A stretch of 61,559 bases of DNA from Rikenellaceae bacterium DTU049 (GCA_001513285.1 LFTI01000013.1:1-61559); one strand, 5' to 3'. Positions 45,985 through 57,574 are shown, counted from the stretch's first letter. Translations and numbers: made by a program. The notes: a model not told the origin generated them from the sequence alone.

Positions 45985-47187
45985 ATGAAAAAAGGTAATG
46001 AATTGAGGCCTCATATTGGGATATATGGGAGAAGAAACTATGGTAAAAGTTCATTAATAAATAAAATCACTAAACAAGATATAGCTATCGTGAGCGATAT
46101 AGCTGGTACTACTACTGATATAGTGAGAAAAGCTATTGAAATTTTTCAAATAGGTCCTGTGGTGATGATAGATACTGCGGGCATAGATGATACAGGCGAA
46201 CTGGGTAAGCTACGTGTACAAAAAACATTAGAATCTTTAGATTTAATCGACTTTGCTATCTTACTAATAGCATATAATACTTTCGATGAAATAGAAAAAA
46301 ATTTAATAAGTGAATTTAAAAATCGTAATGTTCCATTTATAATAGTACATAATAAATCGGATATAGAACCATTATCTCCAGATTTAAAAAATAAACTCGA
46401 GCAAAACTATCATGTACCTGTGATTGATTGCTCTACTAAAAATGATGATTTGCAGTCACTAATAGATTTATTGAAATTATATATTCCCGAGAGTGCTTTT
46501 AAAACTCCAAATGTTATTGGAGATATTGTAAATCCTGGTAGTATAATTCTTTTGATAACTCCAATAGATTCAGAAGCTCCTGAGGGCAGATTAATATTAC
46601 CTCAAGTACAAACTATTAGAGATGTTTTGGATAATGACTCTATCGCTATAGTTTGTAAAGAGACTGAAGCTGAACAAGTTATCAAAACTATATCTCCAGA
46701 ACCTTCACTAGTTATCACCGATAGTCAAGTTTTTTCTTTTGTAAATAATATTATTCCAGAGCACATTTTATTAACGTCATTTAGCATATTATTAGCCAGT
46801 AAAAAAGGTGAATTTAATTATTATGTAAAAGGCACACCATATATCGATGAGTTAAAAGATAATGACAAAATTCTTATTCTTGAAAGTTGTACTCATGAGG
46901 TAACCTGCGATGACGACATAGGAAGGGTTAAAATACCAAGATGGCTATCTGAATATACGGGCAAAAAATTAGAATTCAAAATAGTTAGCGGTTTAGAAAA
47001 TATTAAAAATATCAACAATTATGCTATGGTAATACAATGTGGTGGTTGTGTAGTTACTCGTAAACAATTGGAACTAAGATTGAGACCAGCAATAGATGCT
47101 GGCATACCTGTATCTAATTATGGCATGACAATAGCATACACTAAAGGTATTTTTAAACGAGCTATTCAACCTTTTGTAAAAAATTAA
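45985..47187 (+). CDS. hydF: HydF-like [FeFe]-hydrogenase maturation GTPase
   Basis: G1 GRRNYGKSSLIN, AIVSDIAGTTTD, DTAGIDD. C-terminal cluster ligands are CTHE...DDIGRVKIPRW ... QCGGC. Confidence 0.75.
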   Translation: MKKGNELRPHIGIYGRRNYGKSSLINKITKQDIAIVSDIAGTTTDIVRKAIEIFQIGPVVMIDTAGIDDTGELGKLRVQKTLESLDLIDFAILLIAYNTFDEIEKNLISEFKNRNVPFIIVHNKSDIEPLSPDLKNKLEQNYHVPVIDCSTKNDDLQSLIDLLKLYIPESAFKTPNVIGDIVNPGSIILLITPIDSEAPEGRLILPQVQTIRDVLDNDSIAIVCKETEAEQVIKTISPEPSLVITDSQVFSFVNNIIPEHILLTSFSILLASKKGEFNYYVKGTPYIDELKDNDKILILESCTHEVTCDDDIGRVKIPRWLSEYTGKKLEFKIVSGLENIKNINNYAMVIQCGGCVVTRKQLELRLRPAIDAGIPVSNYGMTIAYTKGIFKRAIQPFVKN

Positions 47188-47220
47188 ATTTTATTATTTT
47201 ATGAAAAATTATAAAAAATT

Positions 47221-48483
47221 ATGAAAAAGAAAAATTTGTATATCAATATTGGCTCACTAATAGGTGTTAGCGATTTATATCCTAAAAGGCCACTAAAAGG
47301 AGCAGAAATGAGTAGAATAGATAAATTAGATAATGCTTATTTATCTATAGCAGGAGACACTATTGTTGACTATGGACAAATGAATGATTTAGGCAATATT
47401 GCAGAAATTTATAATAATTATGATAATATATATGATGTTAAAAATCAATTTATTGTTCCAGGCTTTATAGATACCCATACTCATATAGTTTTTGCTCAAT
47501 GGAGAGAGGAAGAGTTTATAATGAAATTGCAAGGATATAGTTATGAAGAAATAGCTAAAAAAGGTGGTGGTATATTAAACTCTGCCAAAAAAGTGCAAAC
47601 AACCTCTGAAGAAGAACTTTTTGATGCTGCATTAAAGAGAATTAATGAGGTTATAAATTATGGAACAGTAGCTTTAGAGATCAAAAGTGGTTATGGGCTT
47701 TCTCTAGAAAGTGAATTAAAAATGTTGAGAGTTATTAAAAGATTAAAAGATTACACTAAACTTCCTATCAAATCTACTTTTCTCGGAGCACATGCAATAC
47801 CGATGGAATATAAAGAAAATAGAAATGAATATATTGATTTAATAATTTCTAAAATGCTACCAGCCGTTGCTGATCAAGGTCTCGCTGAATATGTAGATGT
47901 ATTTTGTGATGAAGGTTTTTTTACATTAGAAGAGACAGATAATATATTGAATGCAGCAGTTAAATATGGCTTAAAACCAAGAATACATGTAAGTGAAATG
48001 AGTAATAATGGTGGCGTGCAATTAGGAATAGCTCACCATGCTGTATCTGTTGATCATTTAGAACGTATAGAAGATGAAGAAATAAGTGCATTGCTACTTA
48101 GCAACACTTTACCAACAGTTTTACCACAAGTTTCATTTTTCCTTAAAATACCATTCGCTCCTGCGAGAAAAATGATAGATGCTGGTCTACCACTAGTAAT
48201 AGCTAGTGACTATAATCCAGGTACTAGCCCATCTGGTAATTTACAATTTGCTATTGCTTTAGCTACAATTTATCAAAAATTATTACCTGTCGAAGCTATC
48301 AATGCTATTACTTATAATGCTGCTTATGCATTAGAAATAGAAAATCAACTTGGCAGCATACAAAAAGGTAAAAAAGCATCTTTTCTAATTTTAAATTCTG
48401 ATGTCAAAAATTTAGATTTCATCCCATATCATTTTGCTTCTAATAAAGTAGAGAAAGTGATAATAAACGGGGAGATTAGATAA
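47221..48483 (+). CDS. hutI: Imidazolonepropionase
   Basis: PGFIDTHTH.VFA..R..EF......Y.EI...GGGI and DYNPGTSP motifs. Confidence 0.9.
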   Translation: MKKKNLYINIGSLIGVSDLYPKRPLKGAEMSRIDKLDNAYLSIAGDTIVDYGQMNDLGNIAEIYNNYDNIYDVKNQFIVPGFIDTHTHIVFAQWREEEFIMKLQGYSYEEIAKKGGGILNSAKKVQTTSEEELFDAALKRINEVINYGTVALEIKSGYGLSLESELKMLRVIKRLKDYTKLPIKSTFLGAHAIPMEYKENRNEYIDLIISKMLPAVADQGLAEYVDVFCDEGFFTLEETDNILNAAVKYGLKPRIHVSEMSNNGGVQLGIAHHAVSVDHLERIEDEEISALLLSNTLPTVLPQVSFFLKIPFAPARKMIDAGLPLVIASDYNPGTSPSGNLQFAIALATIYQKLLPVEAINAITYNAAYALEIENQLGSIQKGKKASFLILNSDVKNLDFIPYHFASNKVEKVIINGEIR

Positions 48484-48589
48484 AAAATACTTACAATGCT
48501 AATCACATTGTAAGTATGGGATAGATTAATGGTAAGGATATAATAAACATTTTTTTTAAATTTTAAGGGAGGTGAAGGAGGTAACAGAG

Positions 48590-49671
48590 ATATAAACAAT
48601 ATTTTTGTTTAACTTTACATGATATTTAATATTTTAACTTCATCAATCTAAAATACCGCTCCCATGCCCATCTATCGTGAGATGACAAGTTTAATAGTCG
48701 CCCAATATCTGATTGTACCTTATCTTTCAAATACTTATTCATCACTACAAACCACATAAGATAGTTCTGCAGATACTTTGTTGCTACTCCTCTGAATCTC
48801 ATCATCCAAATTAGGAAATTAGTGATCTTTTTCTCTGCTACATTTACACTATAAACTGCTAATCCCTTTGTTTTACGTCTTACTAATACTTTTTTGCTTG
48901 GTGATTCTTTCACTGCTTGGGTGAACTCTTCATTTGGCTTAAAACATATCAAATTTTTCTCTGATACTCTTCGTTTTAGCTCATCTTTTATTTGACTATT
49001 CTGAACTCTATTTTCTCCAATGTGTTTCAAAAGCAAATTACCCTCTCTATCTGTCATTACCAATACAGCAACATTAGGATGGACAGTATTCATAGCTTGC
49101 TCTTTTTCTTCTAGAGTTTTGTATTTGCGACCTTTCTCTGAATATTGCATCAATAGCTCATCAGCTTCTGTTATTCCAGAGAAACTAATTCCTCCTTCTA
49201 ATCCTTGAATTGCAGATAAGATTTTATGTCTCCATTTAAAACTCGTTGGTAAACTGATACCAACTTCTTTTGCGCAGGCTCTTAAGCTTTTACCTTCTAA
49301 CATGCATTTTATATAATCTATTAAGAGGTAGTATTTATGCGAATAATAGACAAGTGATTTTGCAGTTTCTCTAAATCTATAGCCACATTTTCTACATTTA
49401 TAGACTTGTCTGCCATCACTCACACCAGCTTTAGTTACATATTCGCAATCACACCTAGGGCAAATGGGAGCTGTTGATAAAATCTTAATTCTCTGATAGT
49501 CTAGAGCTGTCAATCTATTCTCGTTGAGGAATTCATGGAGATTGTCTAGGAATTCACGTTTGCCCTCTTTTGTTAGAGCCAGTATTTTTTCTATGTTTTC
49601 AGTTGAATATTCCATAATTTTTATATTTTTTACAAAATTAATAAAAATATTTAACATGAAAAGTTTAACAT
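48590..49671 (-). mobile_element. IS1595-family insertion sequence, complete copy 2 (1082 bp), inverted relative to copy 1
   Basis: Collinear with 28604-29685 with scattered substitutions. The same IRs are present (catgaaaagtttaaca at 49655-49670). Confidence 0.85.
48626..49615 (-). CDS. IS1595-family transposase, 329 aa
   Basis: MEYSTENIEK...; differs from copy 1 at about ten residues in the supplied translations. Confidence 0.9.
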   Translation of the reverse strand: MEYSTENIEKILALTKEGKREFLDNLHEFLNENRLTALDYQRIKILSTAPICPRCDCEYVTKAGVSDGRQVYKCRKCGYRFRETAKSLVYYSHKYYLLIDYIKCMLEGKSLRACAKEVGISLPTSFKWRHKILSAIQGLEGGISFSGITEADELLMQYSEKGRKYKTLEEKEQAMNTVHPNVAVLVMTDREGNLLLKHIGENRVQNSQIKDELKRRVSEKNLICFKPNEEFTQAVKESPSKKVLVRRKTKGLAVYSVNVAEKKITNFLIWMMRFRGVATKYLQNYLMWFVVMNKYLKDKVQSDIGRLLNLSSHDRWAWERYFRLMKLKY

Positions 49672-49683
49672 TAAGTTTTGTTT

Positions 49684-49717
49684 GTTAGGTATAAATTATT
49701 AATAATTTATACCTAAC
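49684..49717. repeat. Perfect 34-bp palindrome abutting the left end of IS copy 2
   Basis: gttaggtataaattatt/aataatttatacctaac. Confidence 0.7.
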
Positions 49718-50093
49718 ATTCCTTTTTTAATCAACCTCTTTTATACTCATTTATTCCTCCTACCTTTTATCCTCTACGATTATTTTATCCTTTATTAATT
49801 ATTATTCTCTTTTGTATTATTCTATCTTTTATTCTTATTACTATTATTAATATTTATTTACTTTTTCTTCCATTTTATAATTGTAAATTATGTAGTGAAT
49901 TTTAATTTTTAATTAAATTTTTTTGGATAATTTATTGTATATTTGCATTAATTTTTTATTAAAAAAATAGGGTGCTTTTAATGGGGATAGATAAGATCAA
50001 AAAAGATTTATATTTATTGAAATTAAGTTATGAATTATGTATCATTTATTAAAGACAATATTTTAAAAACATTGATTAATTTTAATTAAAATT

Positions 50094-52370
50094 ATGGCGG
50101 ATATATATACAAAGGAATTAAATGAAGAGCAATTAAATGCTGTAAAATATTTAGATGGCCCAATGATGATCATAGCAGGTGCTGGTAGTGGAAAAACTCG
50201 TGTACTTACTTATAAAATCTTATATTTATTAGATCATGGTTTCAAACCAGATAATATTATGGCTCTTACATTTACTAATAAAGCTGCTAATGAATTAAAG
50301 AGTAGAATACATAAATATGCTGGTGATAAAAAAGCTAGAGCTATCGCTGCTGGCACTTTTCATAGTGTTTTTTCGAAAATTATTAGAAAAAATGCTGAAT
50401 TAATCGGACATACTAGCAGTTATACTGTCTTTGACACTGAAAACACTAGAAGTTTACTAAAAGATATTATTAAAGATATGAGGGTCAGTGAGAGGCATAA
50501 GGCAGATCTAGTACAAACTCGTATTTCTCAAGCTAAAATGATGCTTATAGACCCGTATGATTATGCAGAAAATCAAGAAATGATTATTGATGATACTAAA
50601 TTTGGGCAACCTCATGTCGTTGATATTTATTTGGAATATTGGCAGAGATGTAGAAGGATGAATGTATTAGACTTTGATGATTTGCTACTTTTTACCTATA
50701 AAATCTTTAATAATTTTCCTAATGTACTTAGAAATTATCAGGATCAATATACTTATGTTTTAGTTGATGAGTATCAAGATACCAATTATGCTCAATATGC
50801 TATCGTGAAGCAATTAGCTGATCTCAACGAGCAACTTTGTGTCGTAGGAGATGACTCACAAAGTATTTATTCTTTTCGTGGTGCTAATATTGGTAATATT
50901 TTTCAACTGAAACAAGATTTTCCTAATTTGAAAACTTTTATCCTTACTCGTAATTATAGATCAACAAAGCGTATAGTAGATGTATCTAATAATTTGATTA
51001 GTTACAATAAGGCAAAAATTGAAAAAAAAATCGTTACTGATAATGAGTTAGGAGAACCTATTGCTATATTAACTGCTGATAATGAGCATGAGGAAGCTCG
51101 TAAAGTTGTTAGCAATATTTTTCAGGTAATTCAAAATTATCATTATGATTACAAGGACTTTGTTATTTTATATCGTGTAAATGCACTATCTCGTGCTCTA
51201 GAAGATGAGCTCAGACGTTTGAATTTACCTTATCGTATTTATGGTGGTATGTCTTTTTATGAAAGAAAAGAAATTAAAGATGTTTTAGCTTATTTTAAAT
51301 TTATTTGTAATTCCAATGATTTAGAATCTTTTAAACGTATAATTAATTTACCTCCTCGTGGCATTGGCAATACTACTGCTCTTAAATTACAAGAAGCTTT
51401 TTATACCAATAGTGATTTAACTTTTAGCACATTATTATCGCATATCGACGAATATGAATTAGATATTAGTAAGCCTACTCAACTGCGAATAAAAACCTTT
51501 CATGCTTCTATGGAAAAGTATAGACTAGTATTGGATCAGCTAGACGCTTTCACTATGGCTAAAGCTATTATTTATGAAACTGGTTATTACAAATATGCTG
51601 AAGCTGATAGCCACGAAAGAGCAGAAAACTTGGATGCTTTATTATCTGGTATTAGGGATTATACTGAACATTTCGAGGAAGAAAATGATGGCATGTTCCC
51701 AACACTTCAAGATTATTTAGCAGTTATTTCTCTCATTACTTCTAATGATGATATAGACGATGATAATGTGATTTCTCTCATGACTATTCATAATGCTAAA
51801 GGATTAGAATTTGATAATGTGTTTGTTGTTGGTGTAGAGGAAAATGTCTTACCTCATTTCAATAGTTTGATGGATGCTAGAGCTATAGAGGAGGAAAGAC
51901 GTACATTTTATGTCGCTATTACTAGAGCTAGAAAAAGATTGTATATCAGCTTTGCTATGACACGTTTCAGCAAAGGTGTTGTACGTTTTAATGAACCTAG
52001 TAGATTCATTTTCGAGATGGATAATGAACATTTCAATGCTCAATCTCAAAAATTATTTCTCAATAGTAAATATCAGCAAAAAAGTTTACCAAATAATTTT
52101 AATCATAATTATACTAAAAAATCTAATAATGATAAACCAAAAAGACTCCCAGATAAAAATGAGATAGATACTAAAGACAAAACTTTTGTCCTTGGTATTA
52201 AATTACTTAAAAAATTAAAAGAAGGAATGGTCATAGAGCATAATAAGTTTGGTATTGGTAAAATAGTGAGTATTGAAGGTAATAATTCCGAAGCTAAAGC
52301 TGTTGTAGATTTCGAAAATGCTAGCAAAAAACATATTATTCTTAAATTTGCTAAAATTAGAATCCTTTAA
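50094..52370 (+). CDS. UvrD/PcrA/Rep-family ATP-dependent DNA helicase
   Basis: Walker A AGAGSGKT, motif II VDEYQDTN, TIHNAKGLEF, YVAITRAR. Confidence 0.92.
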   Translation: MADIYTKELNEEQLNAVKYLDGPMMIIAGAGSGKTRVLTYKILYLLDHGFKPDNIMALTFTNKAANELKSRIHKYAGDKKARAIAAGTFHSVFSKIIRKNAELIGHTSSYTVFDTENTRSLLKDIIKDMRVSERHKADLVQTRISQAKMMLIDPYDYAENQEMIIDDTKFGQPHVVDIYLEYWQRCRRMNVLDFDDLLLFTYKIFNNFPNVLRNYQDQYTYVLVDEYQDTNYAQYAIVKQLADLNEQLCVVGDDSQSIYSFRGANIGNIFQLKQDFPNLKTFILTRNYRSTKRIVDVSNNLISYNKAKIEKKIVTDNELGEPIAILTADNEHEEARKVVSNIFQVIQNYHYDYKDFVILYRVNALSRALEDELRRLNLPYRIYGGMSFYERKEIKDVLAYFKFICNSNDLESFKRIINLPPRGIGNTTALKLQEAFYTNSDLTFSTLLSHIDEYELDISKPTQLRIKTFHASMEKYRLVLDQLDAFTMAKAIIYETGYYKYAEADSHERAENLDALLSGIRDYTEHFEEENDGMFPTLQDYLAVISLITSNDDIDDDNVISLMTIHNAKGLEFDNVFVVGVEENVLPHFNSLMDARAIEEERRTFYVAITRARKRLYISFAMTRFSKGVVRFNEPSRFIFEMDNEHFNAQSQKLFLNSKYQQKSLPNNFNHNYTKKSNNDKPKRLPDKNEIDTKDKTFVLGIKLLKKLKEGMVIEHNKFGIGKIVSIEGNNSEAKAVVDFENASKKHIILKFAKIRIL

Positions 52371-52385
52371 TATTTATGTAATATT

Positions 52386-52877
52386 TTATTGTTTTTCTTT
52401 TTCAAAAATTTGAGCATTGCTTATTTTGTTATTTTCTATTTTTATTTTTACAAGTGTGATTTTTTGATGAAATCCATATTTACCTGCTGCACCTGGATTA
52501 ATAAAAAGCCATTTATATTTTTTATCATAAATTATTTGTAATATATGTGAATGTCCCGCTATCACTAGATCTGGTCTATATTCTATAATCTTTGTTAGTA
52601 TATCTTTTTGATATTTATTTGGACGGCCGATTATATGTTTTATATAAATTTTAACTCCTTCTCTCTGAAAAAATAATTCTTCAGAGGTACTTTGCTTTAT
52701 CTTACTATCGTCAATGTTACCAAATACTGCATATGTAGGTGCTATGTCTCTCAGTTCATTCAATATTTTAATGTCGCCAATATCTCCTGCATGCCAAATT
52801 TCATCACAATCATTAAAAAAATCTTTTGATTCTACTGGTAGATTACCATGAGTATCACTTAATATTCCTATTAACAT
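52386..52877 (-). CDS. YfcE/MJ0936-family metallophosphoesterase
   Basis: ILSDTHG, HAGD, GNID, GHSH motifs in canonical order. Confidence 0.85.
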   Translation of the reverse strand: MLIGILSDTHGNLPVESKDFFNDCDEIWHAGDIGDIKILNELRDIAPTYAVFGNIDDSKIKQSTSEELFFQREGVKIYIKHIIGRPNKYQKDILTKIIEYRPDLVIAGHSHILQIIYDKKYKWLFINPGAAGKYGFHQKITLVKIKIENNKISNAQIFEKEKQ

Positions 52878-53199
52878 TTATAAATCGATAAAAATTACTT
52901 TATTAACAAAATTAGGAAAAATTATATAAATAGTGATTTAATTGTATAAAAATTATTAATTTACTTTAATATAATCAATTTAAAAAATGTTATTTATCAA
53001 TAAATATATCAACATATAACAATATAAAATATGATAAAATAATTTTATTGAATATTGAAAAAATATAATTATTTATAAATCAATGTATTAGAAAAAATAT
53101 ATAATAATATTTGTAAAAATGGCAAATAATAAAAAATTAAATGTTTTTAATAATAAGATAAAAAATTGTAATTTTGAAAAAAACCAAAATAAAAAAGCT

Positions 53200-54546
53200 A
53201 TGACAGATTATAAAAAGATTGTCGATGATTTCATGGTTAATGTAATAGCCAGAAATCCAGGTGAGAATGAATTTCACCAAGCAGTTAGGGAGATTGTTGA
53301 ATCTTTAGTCCCTTACATTGAGGAACATCCTAAGTACAAACAAGCCAAAATATTAGAGAGAATGGTTGAACCAGAGAGAGTGGTAATGTTTAGAGTGCCT
53401 TGGATGGATGACAAAGGTGAAATACATGTAAATAGAGGATTTAGAGTAGAAATGAATTCTGCTATTGGTCCTTACAAAGGTGGTTTACGTTTTCATCCTA
53501 GTGTTAATTTGAGTATTATGAAATTTTTAGCTTTTGAGCAAGTATTTAAGAATTCTCTTACTACTCTACCTATGGGTGGCGGTAAAGGTGGTTCAGATTT
53601 CGATCCACGTGGTAGATCTGATGCAGAAATAATGCGTTTTTGCCAATCATTCATGAATGAACTTTTTAGATATATTGGTCCAAATACTGATGTACCAGCA
53701 GGTGATATTGGTGTAGGTGCTCGTGAGATTGGTTATCTCTTTGGCCAATACAAACGTATTAAAAATGAATTTACTGGAGTACTCACTGGTAAAGGTTTAG
53801 AATATGGTGGTAGTGTTATTCGTCCTGAAGCGACTGGCTTTGGTGTTGTTTATTTTACTCAAGAAATCCTCAAAACTATGGGAATGGATATTAAAGGTAA
53901 AATTGTTGCCATTTCAGGTTTTGGTAATGTAGCTTGGGGTGTTGCTAAAAAAGTTGCTGAATTAGGTGGTAAAGTTGTTACCCTATCTGGCCCTGATGGT
54001 TATATCTATGATCCTAATGGTGTAATTGGAGAAAAAGTTGATTACATGGTAGAAATGAGAATGTCTGGTAGAGATAAAGTTCAAGATTATGCTGATAAAT
54101 TTAAAGTAGAATTTCACGCTGGTCAAAAACCATGGAGTGTACCTTGTGATATAGCTATACCTTGTGCTACTCAAAATGAAGTAGGTATAGAAGATGCTAA
54201 AAATATTGTGAAAAATGGTGTTAAATGCTATGTAGAAGCTGCTAACATGCCTACTACTCTAGAAGCTATGAAGTATATACAAGAAAATAATATTCCTTTT
54301 GGCCCTGCTAAAGCTGCAAATGCTGGTGGTGTAGCTGTTTCTGGTTTAGAAATGACTCAAAATGCTATGCACATTAGCTGGACACCTCAAGAGGTTGATA
54401 ATAAATTACATGAAATCATGATTAATATTCACAATACCTGCTTAAAATATGGTAAAGAAGGTGATAAAGTTAATTATGTAAAAGGTGCTAATATTGGCGG
54501 ATTTGTTAAAGTAGCTGATGCTATGATAGCTCAAGGACTTGTTTAA
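53200..54546 (+). CDS. gdhA: NADP-specific glutamate dehydrogenase
   Basis: GPYKGGLRFHPSV and LPMGGGKGGSDFDP motifs. Start set at the internal ATG (MTDYKKIV...), giving a typical ~448-aa GdhA. The upstream 27 codons are low-complexity and overlap a near-consensus -7 box. Confidence 0.93.
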   Translation: MTDYKKIVDDFMVNVIARNPGENEFHQAVREIVESLVPYIEEHPKYKQAKILERMVEPERVVMFRVPWMDDKGEIHVNRGFRVEMNSAIGPYKGGLRFHPSVNLSIMKFLAFEQVFKNSLTTLPMGGGKGGSDFDPRGRSDAEIMRFCQSFMNELFRYIGPNTDVPAGDIGVGAREIGYLFGQYKRIKNEFTGVLTGKGLEYGGSVIRPEATGFGVVYFTQEILKTMGMDIKGKIVAISGFGNVAWGVAKKVAELGGKVVTLSGPDGYIYDPNGVIGEKVDYMVEMRMSGRDKVQDYADKFKVEFHAGQKPWSVPCDIAIPCATQNEVGIEDAKNIVKNGVKCYVEAANMPTTLEAMKYIQENNIPFGPAKAANAGGVAVSGLEMTQNAMHISWTPQEVDNKLHEIMINIHNTCLKYGKEGDKVNYVKGANIGGFVKVADAMIAQGLV

Positions 54547-54569
54547 TCCATTTAAATAATATTTTATTA

Positions 54570-54603
54570 AAAGGCTTTGTGCAAAGCACAAAGCCTTTTT
54601 TAT
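54570..54603 (+). terminator. Rho-independent terminator of gdhA
   Basis: aaaggctttgtgc aaa gcacaaagccttt followed by tttttat. Confidence 0.8.
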
Positions 54604-54650
54604 TTAAAAAAATTTTTTATTTTTGATGTTTTTTTTAACAAAATAAAAAG

Positions 54651-56183
54651 ATGAAAATAATTATTCCTAAAGAAATAGATCCCAACGAAGATAGGGTCGC
54701 TATTTCACCTAAAAATATCTCAAAATTAAAAAAACTGGGATATGAAGTTTATATTCAATCTAATGCAGGGCTAAAAGCCAAATACACTGATGAGCATTAT
54801 TTAAATGCTGGTGCTATTATTATTAAAAGTGCTGAAGAGTTGTATTCTATCGCTGACATTGTTTTTAAAGTGCAGCCTCCTAATGACCAAGAAATTAATT
54901 TGATGAAAAGTGGTACTTTAGTATTATCTTATTTATATCCAGCTCTCAATCAGCAGCTTTTAGAAAAATTAGCTGAGAAAGGAATTAATGCTGTAGCCAT
55001 GGATGCAAAACCACGTATTTCTCGAGCTCAAAAAATGGACGTACTTTCCTCTATGTCTAATATTGCTGGCTACAGAGCAGTAATAGATGCTACGTATCAC
55101 TTTGGTAGATTCCTAAATGGACAAATAACTGCTGCTGGTAAAGTAGATCCTGCTAAAGTGCTCGTAATAGGAACTGGTGTAGCAGGATTAGCTGCTATAG
55201 GTACAGCTAAATCATTAGGTGCTATCGTTAGAGCTTTTGATACTAGAAAAGAAACAGCTGAACAAATTCAATCTATGGGTGCCCAATTTATTACTGTTGA
55301 TATTGAAGAGGATGGATCTACTGAATCGGGTTATAGCAAAGAAATGAGCGAAGCTTTTATTAAAGCTGAATTAGATCTTTTCAAAAAACAAGCTCAAGAA
55401 GTTGATATTATTATTACTACGGCTCAAATACCTGGTAAAGAAGCTCCTAAATTATTATTTGAAGATCATGTAAATGCTATGAAACGTGGCTCTGTGATTG
55501 TTGATTTAGCTGCTCCTACTGGTGGTAATTGTGTTTTGACTAAAAAAGATGAAATTATAACTACTGATAATGGGGTTACTATTTTAGGAAAAGTTAATAT
55601 GATGCCTACTCAAGCCAGCTATTTATATGGTAATAATTTAATTAATTTTATCGAAGAGCTCGGCACTGCTGATAATTTTAATATTAATATGGATGATGAT
55701 GTTATCAAGCGTGCTATGGTAGTGTATAATGGCAAAGTAAATTGGCCTCCAGAGCCCTTACCAGTTAGTGCCAAAAAACCTATTATTTCTAAATCTATTG
55801 AGCAAGAGTCTCTATCTAAAGCTAAAAAGGTACGAAAACAGTTGATAACTAATGCAATTTCTCTCATTGTTGTGGGTATTTGTTTATTTTTCTTAGGTAA
55901 GGTAGCTCCTCCAGATTTTATGAGGCATATAACTGTCTTTGTTTTAGCAATATTTGTTGGATGGAATGTAATATGGAATGTAACTCATGCATTACATACC
56001 CCTTTGATGTCAGTTACTAATGCTATCAGTGGGATTATAATTATTGGTGGACTGCTGCAAATGCAAGCAAATATTACAGATACCAAATCTATTTTAGCCT
56101 TTATTTCAATATTAATTGCTTGTATTAATATTGTAGGTGGTTTTTTAGTTACTTATAGAATGTTAAAAATGTTTAAAAAATAA
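54651..56183 (+). CDS. pntA: NAD(P) transhydrogenase alpha subunit (with fused membrane domain)
   Basis: AlaDH/PNT domains, [22 protein letters not shown], and a C-terminal four-helix TM region. Confidence 0.93.
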   Translation: MKIIIPKEIDPNEDRVAISPKNISKLKKLGYEVYIQSNAGLKAKYTDEHYLNAGAIIIKSAEELYSIADIVFKVQPPNDQEINLMKSGTLVLSYLYPALNQQLLEKLAEKGINAVAMDAKPRISRAQKMDVLSSMSNIAGYRAVIDATYHFGRFLNGQITAAGKVDPAKVLVIGTGVAGLAAIGTAKSLGAIVRAFDTRKETAEQIQSMGAQFITVDIEEDGSTESGYSKEMSEAFIKAELDLFKKQAQEVDIIITTAQIPGKEAPKLLFEDHVNAMKRGSVIVDLAAPTGGNCVLTKKDEIITTDNGVTILGKVNMMPTQASYLYGNNLINFIEELGTADNFNINMDDDVIKRAMVVYNGKVNWPPEPLPVSAKKPIISKSIEQESLSKAKKVRKQLITNAISLIVVGICLFFLGKVAPPDFMRHITVFVLAIFVGWNVIWNVTHALHTPLMSVTNAISGIIIIGGLLQMQANITDTKSILAFISILIACINIVGGFLVTYRMLKMFKK

Positions 56184-56191
56184 TTTAGTTT

Positions 56192-57574
56192 ATGATATCA
56201 GCAGAAATACAAACAGCAGCATATTTATTTGCTTCTATATTATTTATTTTAAGTCTCTCTGGTTTATCTAATCAAGAATCAGCTAAAAGAGGAGTTATCT
56301 ATGGCATTATTGGCATGGTAATAGCAGTTGTAGCTACTTTATTAGGTAATATCCATGGATATGCTTACATTATTATTGCGATGTTAATAGCATCTGTAAT
56401 TGGTATATTAGTAGCTAGAAAAGTGCAGATGACGGCAATGCCACAATTAATAGCTATGTTACATAGTTTCGTTGGGTTGGCAGCAGTTTTAGTAGGATAT
56501 GGTTCATATATAGATCCTAAAACATTAGATTTATTAAGTGCTGAAAGAACAATTCATTATGTAGAAATATATCTTGGAGTTTTTATAGGTGCTATTACGT
56601 TTACTGGTTCATTGATAGCATGGGGTAAATTAACAGGAAAGGTAACTCCCAAACCTGTTGTTTATAAGGGTAAAGATATTATTAATATATTATTATTAGT
56701 AGTATCTGTAGTTTTAGGTGTATTTTTTGTACAAGCTACAGGAGTTGATGGTATGCCTTATTTAGCTATAATGACCGCTATAGCTGCATTTTTTGGCTTA
56801 ATGTTAGTAATGGCAATAGGTGGTGCAGATATGCCTGTAGTTATCTCTATGCTAAACTCTTTGTCAGGATGGGCAGCAGCAGCTTCTGGCTTTACGCTTG
56901 GGAATGATTTATTGATAGTTACTGGAGCTTTGGTTGGTAGTTCAGGTGCTATTCTTTCTATTATTATGTGCAAAGCTATGAATAGATCTTTTTTTGCAGT
57001 AATATCAGGTGGTTTCGGTCAAGAGGTTAAAACTGGTGCTAAAATTGAAGGGAAAGTTACTTCAATTACACATGATGAGGCAGCAGAATGGTTAAAAGAA
57101 GCTCAGTCTATTGTTATCGTTCCAGGATATGGTATGGCTGTAGCTAAAGCTCAGTATCCTATTCATGACCTTGTAGAGAAACTTAGAAAAGAAGGGAAAA
57201 CTGTAAAATTCGGTATCCACCCAGTTGCAGGCAGGCTACCTGGTCATATGAATGTTTTATTAGCAGAGGCAAATGTACCTTATGATATTGTACTAGAAAT
57301 GGATGAGATTAATCCAGAACTACCAGAAACGGATGTAGTATTAGTAATCGGTGCTAATGATACTGTGAATCCTGGTGCTCAGGAAGATCCTTCTAGCCCT
57401 ATATATGGTATGCCAGTAATAGAGGTTTGGAAAGCTAAAAGAGTTATTGTTATGAAACGATCTATGGCTGTCGGTTATGCAGGTGTAGAAAATCCATTAT
57501 TCTATAAAGAAAATACTGCTATGTTTTATGGTGATGCTAAAGAAAGCGTAGAAAAAATAAATTCACTTTTATAA
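56192..57574 (+). CDS. pntB: NAD(P) transhydrogenase beta subunit
   Basis: N-terminal TM domain and C-terminal dIII with [10 protein letters not shown] and [18 protein letters not shown]. Confidence 0.95.
   Translation: MISAEIQTAAYLFASILFILSLSGLSNQESAKRGVIYGIIGMVIAVVATLLGNIHGYAYIIIAMLIASVIGILVARKVQMTAMPQLIAMLHSFVGLAAVLVGYGSYIDPKTLDLLSAERTIHYVEIYLGVFIGAITFTGSLIAWGKLTGKVTPKPVVYKGKDIINILLLVVSVVLGVFFVQATGVDGMPYLAIMTAIAAFFGLMLVMAIGGADMPVVISMLNSLSGWAAAASGFTLGNDLLIVTGALVGSSGAILSIIMCKAMNRSFFAVISGGFGQEVKTGAKIEGKVTSITHDEAAEWLKEAQSIVIVPGYGMAVAKAQYPIHDLVEKLRKEGKTVKFGIHPVAGRLPGHMNVLLAEANVPYDIVLEMDEINPELPETDVVLVIGANDTVNPGAQEDPSSPIYGMPVIEVWKAKRVIVMKRSMAVGYAGVENPLFYKENTAMFYGDAKESVEKINSLL

Noticed and set aside
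28604-49671. The two IS copies and the intervening 19 kb interpreted as a composite transposon
   Set aside because: The block is full of core housekeeping genes (xseAB, nusB, nth, gcvT). No target-site duplication is visible at the outer ends. An inversion substrate is the more conservative reading.
9601-53199. Track start codons at 9601, 31504, 41742 and 44612 (all TTG) and the ATG at 53119
   Set aside because: In each case an in-frame ATG a few codons downstream (27 codons for gdhA) gives an N-terminus typical of the family. A TAnnTTTG-like box overlaps or directly precedes the longer start. The shorter coordinates are used in the feature list.
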